51,292 nucleotides of DNA from an uncultured bacterium (lineage in GTDB: Bacteria; SAR324; NAC60-12). Below the pieces are notes generated by a model. The model was not told the DNA's origin. It saw nothing but the letters and a program-made list of their open reading frames with translations, and searched no databases. Made by a program: the position numbers and the translations under genes. Positions 1 through 8,495 of this stretch are shown here, in pieces (the first letter of the stretch is position 1; each line of letters opens with the position of its first letter). Where the stretch lies: the NCBI GenBank assembly GCA_965662845.1, contig CBFIJD010000002.1:1-51292 (forward strand), read 5' to 3'.

Positions 1-584
1 CGACTGTATTGCGTCTGATATGGAGCGGTTTTCCAGAGCGTCACCGGCATCGCCAGCGGCTCTAAGGCTGTCACCCGCACATACAAAGTCCGTTGAGAGT
101 CGGGAGGAAAATTGACGGGAAAAACTGCGGTGGTGCTGGGATAGGGCCTGCTGCGCAGTGGCGTCTCGTCAGTGACGCTTTGATGCTGAAGAGATCCATC
201 TGGGCTGAGGATGTAGAGATCCACGCTGTCGTTGCGGGCCGAGCCGACCTCAAGCAGGCGCTGTAAGTGGGAGCTGGTAGGGTTGTGGATTTGGACGCGC
301 GCCCACCAAGCGGAGGTCGTCGGAGGAAAGTTAGGGATGTTGGTTGTGCTTTGTACGAAATCGTCAGCCCATGGAGGTCCAAGGAGATCGTGGATGGTCA
401 ATGTTGCAGACTCGTCCTCCAGCAATTCTAGGTGTTCTCCGAGATCAATCGCGTCGGCGGAGAGCACGAATCTCTGCTCTGCTTGCACGGCAGAATGCAG
501 AAGAATTCCAAGAGCAATGACAAAAAACGCGCGCAGCTGGTGCTTGCGGCCGTGAAAGATGGAGCGGTGTGTAGATGTGTACAT
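1..584 (-). CDS. 7TM-DISM extracellular-domain sensor protein, N-terminal part (runs off left edge)
   Basis: Absent from ORF track because no stop lies in the window. Hand translation from ATG at 584: MYTSTHR...FFVIALGILLHSAVQA (signal-like) ...LELLEDESATLTIHDLL...SAWWARVQIHN...RLLEVGSARNDSVDLY...RPYPSTTAVFPVNFPPDSQRTLYVRVTALEPLAMPVTLW, resembling 7TMR-DISMED2; open to position 1. Confidence 0.75.
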   Translation of the reverse strand, partial: MYTSTHRSIFHGRKHQLRAFFVIALGILLHSAVQAEQRFVLSADAIDLGEHLELLEDESATLTIHDLLGPPWADDFVQSTTNIPNFPPTTSAWWARVQIHNPTSSHLQRLLEVGSARNDSVDLYILSPDGSLQHQSVTDETPLRSRPYPSTTAVFPVNFPPDSQRTLYVRVTALEPLAMPVTLWKTAPYQTQYS

Positions 585-761
585 CGCGTCTATGATTCGC
601 CGAATGTGGTGTTCGATCGCTGTGGCTGTTCAGATGCGCATGGAGGCGATCTACTGGGGAGAGCGATGACTGGTCTCCGCTGAAGGTAAAGCGTTGCTCA
701 ACCGCAAGGGCAACTCTCTGAGCAGCCTCTTCTTCGTCATCGAGCGGCAGGCCTCCGCCGC

Positions 762-1493
762 TCAGTTCGCGAGCTTCTGCGAGCGGGCGAGGGAAAATTC
801 CAACATGCGAATGCGGGTCTCCAGTTCCATATACTCCACTGTATAGGGACACTGTTTCGCCACAAACTGGGCGGTTTTTAGAATCAAGAGATAGTCTGGG
901 TTGTGAGGCGTCGTTGAGAGCTTGAGATGTCGCTCAAGATGCCGCGCTCGGTAGGTGCTCCGATCCAGCGTGAGTGTCCAGAGCCCGCTCTCTTCACACA
1001 ATTCGATCTTGCTCTTCCCGATCACATTTTCCCAACAGTGCAGCGCTAACTGCATCAGCATGGTGACCTGCCCTCGTGGGCTGTTGCCCAGCGGAATGTA
1101 TTGAGGTTCATGCCGGAGCTCTTCTTCTTGTTGGGCAGAGAGCTTGTGCAAAACTGTAGGAAGGACTTTTTGGAAGCGAGATAAGTTCAGGACAATCTCA
1201 AATTGATGGGCGACGCTGATCTGTGGAATGTGTTGTTGAAATTGATCCACCAGCAAGACAGTCGGTATCTGTGAATAGGTCTTGCGAATACGCTGCAAGA
1301 GTTCATTCCGCTCACAAGGTGTGCTCGAACCGTTCAGCAACAAAATTAGCACGTCACACATCGAGCTGGACTCTTCCAACAACGACTCCAGCGTTCCGCC
1401 ATGAACTAGCCGGTGGTGCTCAAGGATCAACGACACAACTTCATCAGATTTACTCTCATCCTCTCTGGCAATTATCGTGCTTAGTGTGTGCAT
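762..1493 (-). CDS. Degenerate receiver-like N-terminus plus uncharacterised C-terminal domain (KSKIELCEESGLW motif)
   Basis: 243-aa ORF; REC-like pattern (DVLILLL, ELLQRIRKTYSQIPTVLL) without the phospho-Asp; directly upstream of the 7TM-DISM sensor on the same strand. Confidence 0.55.
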   Translation of the reverse strand: MHTLSTIIAREDESKSDEVVSLILEHHRLVHGGTLESLLEESSSMCDVLILLLNGSSTPCERNELLQRIRKTYSQIPTVLLVDQFQQHIPQISVAHQFEIVLNLSRFQKVLPTVLHKLSAQQEEELRHEPQYIPLGNSPRGQVTMLMQLALHCWENVIGKSKIELCEESGLWTLTLDRSTYRARHLERHLKLSTTPHNPDYLLILKTAQFVAKQCPYTVEYMELETRIRMLEFSLARSQKLAN

Positions 1494-1950
1494 TTTACGT
1501 TAGGTCACTGAGTGGTTGAAATGGGCCATTTTAGAGTTCGTAGGGACTTAAAAATAAGGTTTGATGCAAATTGTACTCAAGTTCCTTGAAAAGTCCGCTT
1601 TCTCCTTGTGGACGATGTGTGGATGTTTATTAATCTGAATAAGTTCAGTTGTTTATCGTTGTGTGAATCTGTGGACTAAAAGAATCTTCCACCGGTTACT
1701 GGGGGTTTTGCGTAAATTCATCCAAATGAGGGCTTTGTTTCCCTTTGTGGCGGATGAAGAAACTCCCAAAGCTCGACAGAGCGAACTGGGATTTGTTGCA
1801 CTACACAAATTTCTGCAAAAGTGGGTCATTGCTTTGGGCTGTGAAAAGGCCCTTAGAAACATCAGGAGCATGGCCGGGGATGTTCAATCGTTGTTTTAGA
1901 GCTTTGGCGGCGCTGTAAATGAGTGCGGGGAGAGATGAGAGCGCAAAGAT

Positions 1951-2220
1951 CTATTTTTTCCGTCTCGTGCTCGCGTTGTCCGTGGAACTTGAGGAGGGTT
2001 CATAAATGGGAGGTTTGACCGCAGCTAGGTCGCGCTGAGGATCGCGCGCCTCTGGAGCGTTGGTCTCCTGCTTGACTCGCTTCCCTATTTGCAATCCCGC
2101 TGTTGGACTCAGCAGGTCTTGGCTTGGGGTGGACTCTCGACCCTTTGCAAACAGGAACGTTCCACAGACGGTGAGTATGCTGAAACTCAAGATCAACTTT
2201 TTCAAAACGTTCATACTCAC
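1951..2220 (-). CDS. Small hypothetical exported protein
   Basis: 89-aa ORF with signal-peptide-like N-terminus (KKLILSFSILTVCGTFLFA) and GAGG RBS-like sequence near the start. Confidence 0.5.
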   Translation of the reverse strand: MSMNVLKKLILSFSILTVCGTFLFAKGRESTPSQDLLSPTAGLQIGKRVKQETNAPEARDPQRDLAAVKPPIYEPSSSSTDNASTRRKK

Positions 2221-2591
2221 CTCTTGTACGTTTCGTTGACAACAGAGAGACCACGTTGACGACTTCCACGCAGATCGATCAGCCTGAGTAAAAGTTTGAA
2301 CAACGAGCTTTAATCACATATTACCTACATAGTAGAGACTGATCTCTAGATGTCTATCTCCTTAAACGGAAAAGCTTTTCTTAAAAAAAGATAATAGTTA
2401 CAGTTAATTAGGCTATTTTGTTACGGTTTGGTTGCTTCGACGGACAGCTCCTGTGCTCCCAAATGTGTTGGAGTTGTAGGTTTGTCGCTTGACATGTCTC
2501 GAATGAAATGCGTAAGCGGAGAGATTTGCAAGGAGGGGGCGTCCCGAATGGTAAGGTTTCAGGCGTTCCGAGACGCTGCGGAGGTGAGACT

Positions 2592-3248
2592 CTAGTCTTT
2601 GAGAGGGCAAGTTGAGGAAAGCGCGGTGACCAACAAGGCACACCCTGTCTGAATCGTGATGTGGACTTGTGGTTCATGTGCAACATTCGAGACCCCACAC
2701 GGCGGCTGGCCAGGGCGCAACGTGGCGTCCACTAGCGCGTACCGCAACCCCCGTGTGGTGATCCCCTGCGCTGCGCCAAAGAGGGGCAGCAACGAGACCG
2801 TGCTCCCCACGGGCACCGTCCCTTCCCACGCCTGGTGAATCAACTCCATCCGCTCTGTCTCGTTCCACAGACTCATTCGGAATTTTCCGAGCTTCCCATA
2901 GCAAGCGTCTACGCAGGCGAGAAAGTGATCGGTGCGGTCGCCTTGGACGCCTAATAGATGCACCTCGCTGACGCCTAACTCTTCACAAAATTGCAGGACT
3001 TTGGTCACATCATTGGTATCTTGATCCGTGATCTCTCGCAGGCACTCCGACCGGAGACAGGCGCGAGAGGCGGTGGAGAGTGAGTCCAGATCACCGACCA
3101 CATAGTCGGGAATCCGACCTCGTACGACGAGCGAGTTTGCGCCTCCGTCGGCGGCGATGCGCACGTCAGCTGGTTGCCAAAAGCGATTGAGCAGCTCGTC
3201 AGAGGGGGGAGTTCCATTACAGATGACCAACGCCACGGAAGGTTTCAT
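2592..3248 (-). CDS. thiN: Thiamine pyrophosphokinase
   Basis: IAADGGAN, PDYVVGDLDS, DQDTND, GDRTDH, GLRYAL, GVSN motifs; start reassigned to MKPSVALVICNG (ATG at 3248). Confidence 0.9.
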   Translation of the reverse strand: MKPSVALVICNGTPPSDELLNRFWQPADVRIAADGGANSLVVRGRIPDYVVGDLDSLSTASRACLRSECLREITDQDTNDVTKVLQFCEELGVSEVHLLGVQGDRTDHFLACVDACYGKLGKFRMSLWNETERMELIHQAWEGTVPVGSTVSLLPLFGAAQGITTRGLRYALVDATLRPGQPPCGVSNVAHEPQVHITIQTGCALLVTALSSTCPLKD

Positions 3249-3960
3249 GACTGCTCCTTTAGGAAAGTTACATCTCGTCGCGACCCCAATTGGGAATCCA
3301 GAGGACATTACGTTGCGGGCGCTCAATGTGTTGCGAGATGCCGATCAGGTCGTGTGTGAGGAGCGCAAGGTGGGGACTCGCTTGCTGAAGCAATATGACT
3401 TGCAGCGTGAGCTATGGACGCTGAATGAGCACAACGAAGCGGAACAAATCCCTGCGATCCTCAGCCTGCTGCGCGCCGGTAGATCGGTCGCGGTCTTTTC
3501 CGATGCTGGGACTCCGGTGTTTGCCGACCCGGGGGCGAGGTTGGTGCAGGCTGCGATTGCGGCTGAAATAGAGGTGGTGGCTGTGCCGGGGGCTTCGTCG
3601 CTAATGGCGGCGCTGGTCAGCAGCGGGCTGCGGTGCGACGACTTTCATTATGTGGGGTTTTTGCCACGCAAAACCGAAGAGCGCCGCGAACGCTTGCGCG
3701 AGCTGTCGCATTTGCGGACGACCCTCATCATCTACGAGGCGCCGTACCGACTTTTGCCGTTGCTCAAAGATGCGGCGAACACCCTGAATTTGCGAAGCCC
3801 GGCCAGCTTGTGCATTCGATTGACGCAGAGTGATGAGCGTGTGCTGCGGGGGACGTTGCAGCAGATTTACCGCAGCTGTGAGAATTCACCGTTCAAGTCT
3901 GAGTTTGTGCTGCTGGTCGACAACCGCGGAGGAAGCTCGAGGCGCCGGCGCGGGGGGTGA
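3247..3960 (+). CDS. rsmI: 16S rRNA (cytidine1402-2'-O)-methyltransferase
   Basis: GKLHLVATPIGNPEDITLRAL, SDAGTPVFADPG, VPGASS, GFLPRK, YEAPYRL; start at MTAPLGK (3247). Confidence 0.93.
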   Translation: MTAPLGKLHLVATPIGNPEDITLRALNVLRDADQVVCEERKVGTRLLKQYDLQRELWTLNEHNEAEQIPAILSLLRAGRSVAVFSDAGTPVFADPGARLVQAAIAAEIEVVAVPGASSLMAALVSSGLRCDDFHYVGFLPRKTEERRERLRELSHLRTTLIIYEAPYRLLPLLKDAANTLNLRSPASLCIRLTQSDERVLRGTLQQIYRSCENSPFKSEFVLLVDNRGGSSRRRRGG

Positions 3961-4439
3961 GGCGCGGGCGCTCCAAGCGAGGAAAATGGGCTATAGGCAG
4001 ACTCTTCTGGCAATTGCAGCTCTGGCGGAAGGTAGATGATCACCTCAGAGGCCGTGGCGAGGCTCAGATCTCGTCGCGCAATAAAGTTGATGTACTCCGG
4101 GCTGTGCCGCAGGGCGTCCACCTCTGCCAGCATCATTTTTTCTTGCCGCTGCATCCGCTGTAGCTCTTGCTGCAGCTGTTGTTCACGCCCTCGGAGCTTG
4201 GCGGTCTCAAGCACTCCATAATCACCAACCAGCGCGACGAGTCCCATGATGAGCGCGAAGGCGGCGAGGATGCCGATTGTGGGGAGGCTGCGCGTGGGGG
4301 TTTCGCCATTTTTGGGAGCTACGGTCGCTTGTGGTTTCGGGGGGGCGAAGAGCCCCCACACATACAACACACGATCCGTTTGAGCGCCGATTGGGCGTCG
4401 TCGTTGAGCATCCTTGCTCGAGAAGCGATAGGGCGTCAC
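3867..4439 (-). CDS. Septum formation initiator (FtsB/DivIC family) protein
   Basis: Single TM followed by GDYGV, a coiled coil and PEYINFIARRDLSLATASEVII, typical of FtsB; start uncertain. Confidence 0.7.
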   Translation of the reverse strand: MTPYRFSSKDAQRRRPIGAQTDRVLYVWGLFAPPKPQATVAPKNGETPTRSLPTIGILAAFALIMGLVALVGDYGVLETAKLRGREQQLQQELQRMQRQEKMMLAEVDALRHSPEYINFIARRDLSLATASEVIIYLPPELQLPEESAYSPFSSLGAPAPHPPRRRLELPPRLSTSSTNSDLNGEFSQLR

Positions 4440-4443
4440 TGCA

Positions 4444-4701
4444 CTACTCCGCGGAAGATTGTTTCACCTTCAAATATTGGCGTTGCAGCCGAATTTTTTG
4501 TTGCTGGTATTCTGGCTTGGTGAGCCGTCCTAGCTGATAGTCGTCTTCCAGTTCGCTGAGGGCGCTGAGCAAGGCATCCGCTTCGCTGGTGTCGTGTTCG
4601 GGTCTAGGGATTTCGTGTCGTTGGAGTCGCGCGAAGAAGAGTGGGAACACCACAACGGCGACGGTGACAATAAAAAGCAATCCGGCAAAAAGAAGATTCA
4701 T
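4444..4701 (-). CDS. Small membrane protein resembling the CcmI N-terminus
   Basis: N-terminal TM followed by LSALSELEDDYQLGRLTKPEYQQQK. Confidence 0.55.
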   Translation of the reverse strand: MNLLFAGLLFIVTVAVVVFPLFFARLQRHEIPRPEHDTSEADALLSALSELEDDYQLGRLTKPEYQQQKIRLQRQYLKVKQSSAE

Positions 4702-5105
4702 GTGTGATTGTCTTGCAAAATCGAGGCGACTAGGAGGCGAGCTGCTGACAATTGCATCAACTCTTCAAAGCGCGAAGAGCCTTGCAGATGCCAATACCCA
4801 ATCAATGACTCCAAGCCTGTAGCGTTGCGGTAATCGCGGATGGAAGCGTGCCGAGGCGTCGAACCCGTGGGGTGATTGCGGCCACGCCGAAAAACGTCTC
4901 GCTCTGCCTCAGAGAGGTGCTCTTCCCAAATCTCACTGAGGCGCGACTGCGTTTGACAGCGTACCAGATGCACAACGCGTTCGTGAACTTGTTTCGCTTG
5001 TTGGCTGTGCCGCAAGACCTGCTCGCGACACCACACCTCAAACAGCGCGTCGCCCAAATAGGCGAGCCCAAACGTTGACCAGTCCCTCCAATTCTCACCA
5101 CTCAT
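4698..5105 (-). CDS. mrnC: Mini-ribonuclease III
   Basis: 135 aa; LAYLGDALFE, FRRGRN, YRNATGLESLIGY; no dsRBD. Confidence 0.85.
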   Translation of the reverse strand: MSGENWRDWSTFGLAYLGDALFEVWCREQVLRHSQQAKQVHERVVHLVRCQTQSRLSEIWEEHLSEAERDVFRRGRNHPTGSTPRHASIRDYRNATGLESLIGYWHLQGSSRFEELMQLSAARLLVASILQDNHT

Positions 5106-5607
5106 CGTCCTGTGGGCAGATCAAGCGGTTGCTGTGAATGCGGAACATGCCGCTCTCGATGACCCGCTCATCTAACACCTCTTGTTGATTGTCTTCCGTG
5201 GGGACGCCAAAGCTGCCATCGAGGCGCAACACGATCGGCTCGCCGGGGCGGCAGTAGAAGATCTCATCGCCGCGTTCAATCAAGACTTTGCGGCTGGGCT
5301 CACGTGGCGCTTCGGGAGCGATGGGAGCCAAGACTTCTGCCGAGACATCTTCAGGATTATCCGTCTTGAGCAAGCAGACGTAGCGTTCATCACGTTCTCC
5401 GACCGATTTGCTGTTCAGACCGTACAGCGTCCCAATCTGATGGACGAGGCGCCTTTGATAGGAGTTCATCGGATCAAACTCGAGCATCTCTTCTGCGCTC
5501 TGCGTGAACGAGATGATTTGTTCGTTGATCTGCTGCAGAAAGGCTTCGTCTTCTGGCGTAAGCTCGATGCCAGTGATTTGGGATTTGTCCTGGTATTTGT
5601 TGGTCAT
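5095..5607 (-). CDS. R3H-domain nucleic-acid-binding protein
   Basis: FDPMNSYQRRLVHQIGTLYGLNSKSVGERDERYV is an R3H (RxxxH) motif. Confidence 0.8.
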   Translation of the reverse strand: MTNKYQDKSQITGIELTPEDEAFLQQINEQIISFTQSAEEMLEFDPMNSYQRRLVHQIGTLYGLNSKSVGERDERYVCLLKTDNPEDVSAEVLAPIAPEAPREPSRKVLIERGDEIFYCRPGEPIVLRLDGSFGVPTEDNQQEVLDERVIESGMFRIHSNRLICPQDDEW

Positions 5608-5902
5608 TCGCAGCTTGGGGTCAGGCGTTGGAGGAGTTGCGGTTGCGTGTCACGAAAAAAAGACCGCAATCACTAGCGCAATGCGGGGTGGGACGCAATC
5701 GAAAAAAAGGACGCAAGTTTTTGCCAGAACTTCCGATAGACAGGCCAAAGGTGTGTTGCACGGGGTGCCTTGATCACGTCTTCCTCATCAGGCGCAAGAC
5801 CTTGTTGCAAAAAGTTCGCCCCTTGTCGTGATCTGTCTAGCAGTCCCTGCAAGGAGGCTCCCCCCGGCGCGTCGATCGCGTTCTGTCAGCAGGAGAAGTC
5901 CA

Positions 5903-6691
5903 ATGCCCAACAATACGAGTTATCTGGGCCTGTACATGTACGGGTTCCTCATTACAGCCGGCGCGACTCTCTTCGGTGTGTATTATTTCTACACCGGAAT
6001 GGGAGATGTTAGCTATGTGTCTTACAGTGGTTACGATACAGTCACTTATTATCTTGATAAAAGGAAATACGATTTATACTTTAACGGCCTCATTTATTGT
6101 CTGAGCTTTGCCGCAGCTCTGCTGCTGCTCACTGCCGTGATTCTGATTCCTAGCTCCAGCCAGCTTCAGCGTCGTCAATCCCAAAATCAGCCTTACAGCG
6201 CACAACTTGGTGGAAGCGCGCCTGTCGCCGCAGCCCCCGCGTCTGCCGCCTCGCCCACGCAAGCCCCCGCAATGGGAGCCGCTGAGCCGGCGCACGAATT
6301 TCAGTTGGCGCCAGAGTTTGAGCTGAGCGTAGACGACTCGTTGATGGGCGGCGGCATGGGCGGCGGTGGTGGTGGTGACTTCGGCTTTGAGGAAGATGAC
6401 TCTGACGTGATGTATGGCACCGGTGAGATCACCGATGAGGCGCACCGGCGCTTCTTGCAACACAACACAGACAGCGCGATCAAGTACCTGCTCCGCAAAG
6501 ACCTAACGGGGAGACCGCTCCCCATGTCGCAAGAGCAGATGTATGAGGGATGGCAGAAACGTGGTCTCTCCCGCGCTACTCTCCGCAACGATGTCTGTGA
6601 CCTGATGGGGTGGGACTCCATCCCAGATGAGGACATCTCGGTCATCTACGAACAGGTTCAAGCTCAATTGCAGGAAACCCCTATCGCCTGA
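5903..6691 (+). CDS. Hypothetical membrane protein (2 TM, acidic/Gly linker, globular C-terminus)
   Basis: AGGAG at 5891 before ATG 5903; two hydrophobic segments; first gene of the plsY run. Confidence 0.7.
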   Translation: MPNNTSYLGLYMYGFLITAGATLFGVYYFYTGMGDVSYVSYSGYDTVTYYLDKRKYDLYFNGLIYCLSFAAALLLLTAVILIPSSSQLQRRQSQNQPYSAQLGGSAPVAAAPASAASPTQAPAMGAAEPAHEFQLAPEFELSVDDSLMGGGMGGGGGGDFGFEEDDSDVMYGTGEITDEAHRRFLQHNTDSAIKYLLRKDLTGRPLPMSQEQMYEGWQKRGLSRATLRNDVCDLMGWDSIPDEDISVIYEQVQAQLQETPIA

Positions 6692-6695
6692 GTTC

Positions 6696-7343
6696 ATGAC
6701 TCTCTTGTTCTGCCTGCTGCTCGCCTACGGGTTAGGTAGCATCCCCTTCGGTTGGCTGATTGGTCGCTACTGGTTGGGCTTAGACGTGCGCACCCAAGGG
6801 AGTGGCAACATCGGCATGACCAACGTGATGCGGGTTGGCGGAAAAGCCCCTGGGCTCGTGACCTTCCTGCTGGACTTCGGAAAAGGCCTCGTGGCGGTGC
6901 TTCTGGCCGCCATGTGGCTCTCCTCTCCCGACGAACCCGCGACGCTCGGCACGCTCGGTGTCGTCGCGGCAGCCGCAATTCTTGGACACATCTACCCCCT
7001 GTTTCTTGGGTTCAAAGGTGGCAAAGGCGTAGCGACGCTCTTTGGGACCCTCTTTGCTCTCAACTTCTGGCTGGGGCTCGCGTCAGCGGGCATCTGGGCT
7101 GGAATGTTCCGCTGGAAGCGGATCTCTAGTCTCTCGGCCATCACCCTGCTCGGTGCGCTCCCTCTCTTGAGCGTCATCGTGCTGTGGCTCTCCCTCCGAA
7201 CAGTCGATTGGGGCTTGGTTGGCATCTTGACGCTGCTCTCTTCTCTTCTGCTCTATCGCCACAAAGAAAATGTACAACGACTGCGTGCAGGCACGGAAGC
7301 CGCGCTGCGCTCACCTTCTTCCTCACAAAGGAAATCTCAATGA
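6696..7343 (+). CDS. plsY: Glycerol-3-phosphate acyltransferase
   Basis: YGLGSIPFG, GSGNIGMTNVMR, GHIYPLFLGFKGGKGVAT, RHKENVQRL. Confidence 0.95.
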   Translation: MTLLFCLLLAYGLGSIPFGWLIGRYWLGLDVRTQGSGNIGMTNVMRVGGKAPGLVTFLLDFGKGLVAVLLAAMWLSSPDEPATLGTLGVVAAAAILGHIYPLFLGFKGGKGVATLFGTLFALNFWLGLASAGIWAGMFRWKRISSLSAITLLGALPLLSVIVLWLSLRTVDWGLVGILTLLSSLLLYRHKENVQRLRAGTEAALRSPSSSQRKSQ

Positions 7344-8488
7344 ACTTCAATCTCTTGCGCCCCCTCTCGTTCTTCTTTGGACAAGACATCTTGCATCACG
7401 TCGGTAATTTGACAGTCATTTCGCTAGTTACAGCCGTGTTGTATGTGATCGGTTTGGATCTGTGGATCGTCTCTTTTGTGTTGTGGACCAGCTTGATTAC
7501 GCTCTCCTCCATTGCGATTTGGAGAGCCGGAGACTTCTTCGCTCCTGCTGCGGAATACATCCAAGAGAAGCGAAATCTGCCAGAGTCAATCAAAGCGGCT
7601 GTGATTGACGCGATCGCCAGCTCGTTCCCTGAATTTTGTGTGGCGGTCATCGCAGTTCTCCTCATCGGACAAGCCGAGGTCGGCGTCTCCTCCATCGTGG
7701 GCTCGGCGCTTTACAATGTCTTGGTGATCCCCGCTGCCGCCGGTCTGATCGCAGCGAAGCCCATGCAAGTTGGCAAAGACGTCGTTTGGCGCGACGGCCT
7801 CTTCTACCTGGGAGTCATCGTTTTATTGCTAGCCGTCCTGTTTGTTTTCCCAACCGTTTGGGGATTCTTGGTAGGCGCAATTTTCTTGAGCGCTTATGTG
7901 GGCTACGTGTTCTTGCTCAACCGAGATTATCAGCGGTACCAGGTCGCCACGGCGGGAAATGTCGCGGCGGCGCAAGAGACGAAGGAAGACGAAGATGAGG
8001 ACGAGCCCGAAATTGAGATTCGTGATGAGAACCACGCGTGGAAGTGGGTGCTGGGCATGATGCTCGTGATGGGAGCGGCCTCACACATTTTGGTGGAAGG
8101 GGCGATTCATCTGGGCGACTTGCTCGGAATTGACGCGGTCATCATGGGCTTTGTGGTAATCGCGGCGGGAACGTCGGTGCCCGACACGGTGCTCTCTGTC
8201 ATCAGCGCGAAGCGCGGCAATTATGACGCGGCCATTTCAAACGTCTTTGGTAGCAACATATTTGACGTTTGCATTTGTCTGAGCACCCCAATTCTCCTCG
8301 CGCTGTTGTTCACGGGCGCAAGCACGCCAGTGCATTTGGAGCAAATGGAGCTGGTGTATATGCTCCTCGGCGCGACTGTGGTGGCGCTCTACCTCTTTTG
8401 GAGCGACAACTACACACTGACCCGCGCGAAATGTGTCGCGATGGGAGCGCTCTATTTATTGATCGTGTTGATGGCCGTCGCGCTCTGA
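7340..8488 (+). CDS. Calcium/sodium antiporter (CaCA family)
   Basis: Two alpha repeats (AIASSFPEF...GSALYN; AAGTSVPD...GSNIFD), acidic central loop; ATGA overlap with plsY. Confidence 0.88.
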   Translation: MNFNLLRPLSFFFGQDILHHVGNLTVISLVTAVLYVIGLDLWIVSFVLWTSLITLSSIAIWRAGDFFAPAAEYIQEKRNLPESIKAAVIDAIASSFPEFCVAVIAVLLIGQAEVGVSSIVGSALYNVLVIPAAAGLIAAKPMQVGKDVVWRDGLFYLGVIVLLLAVLFVFPTVWGFLVGAIFLSAYVGYVFLLNRDYQRYQVATAGNVAAAQETKEDEDEDEPEIEIRDENHAWKWVLGMMLVMGAASHILVEGAIHLGDLLGIDAVIMGFVVIAAGTSVPDTVLSVISAKRGNYDAAISNVFGSNIFDVCICLSTPILLALLFTGASTPVHLEQMELVYMLLGATVVALYLFWSDNYTLTRAKCVAMGALYLLIVLMAVAL

Positions 8489-8495
8489 GGTCCAG

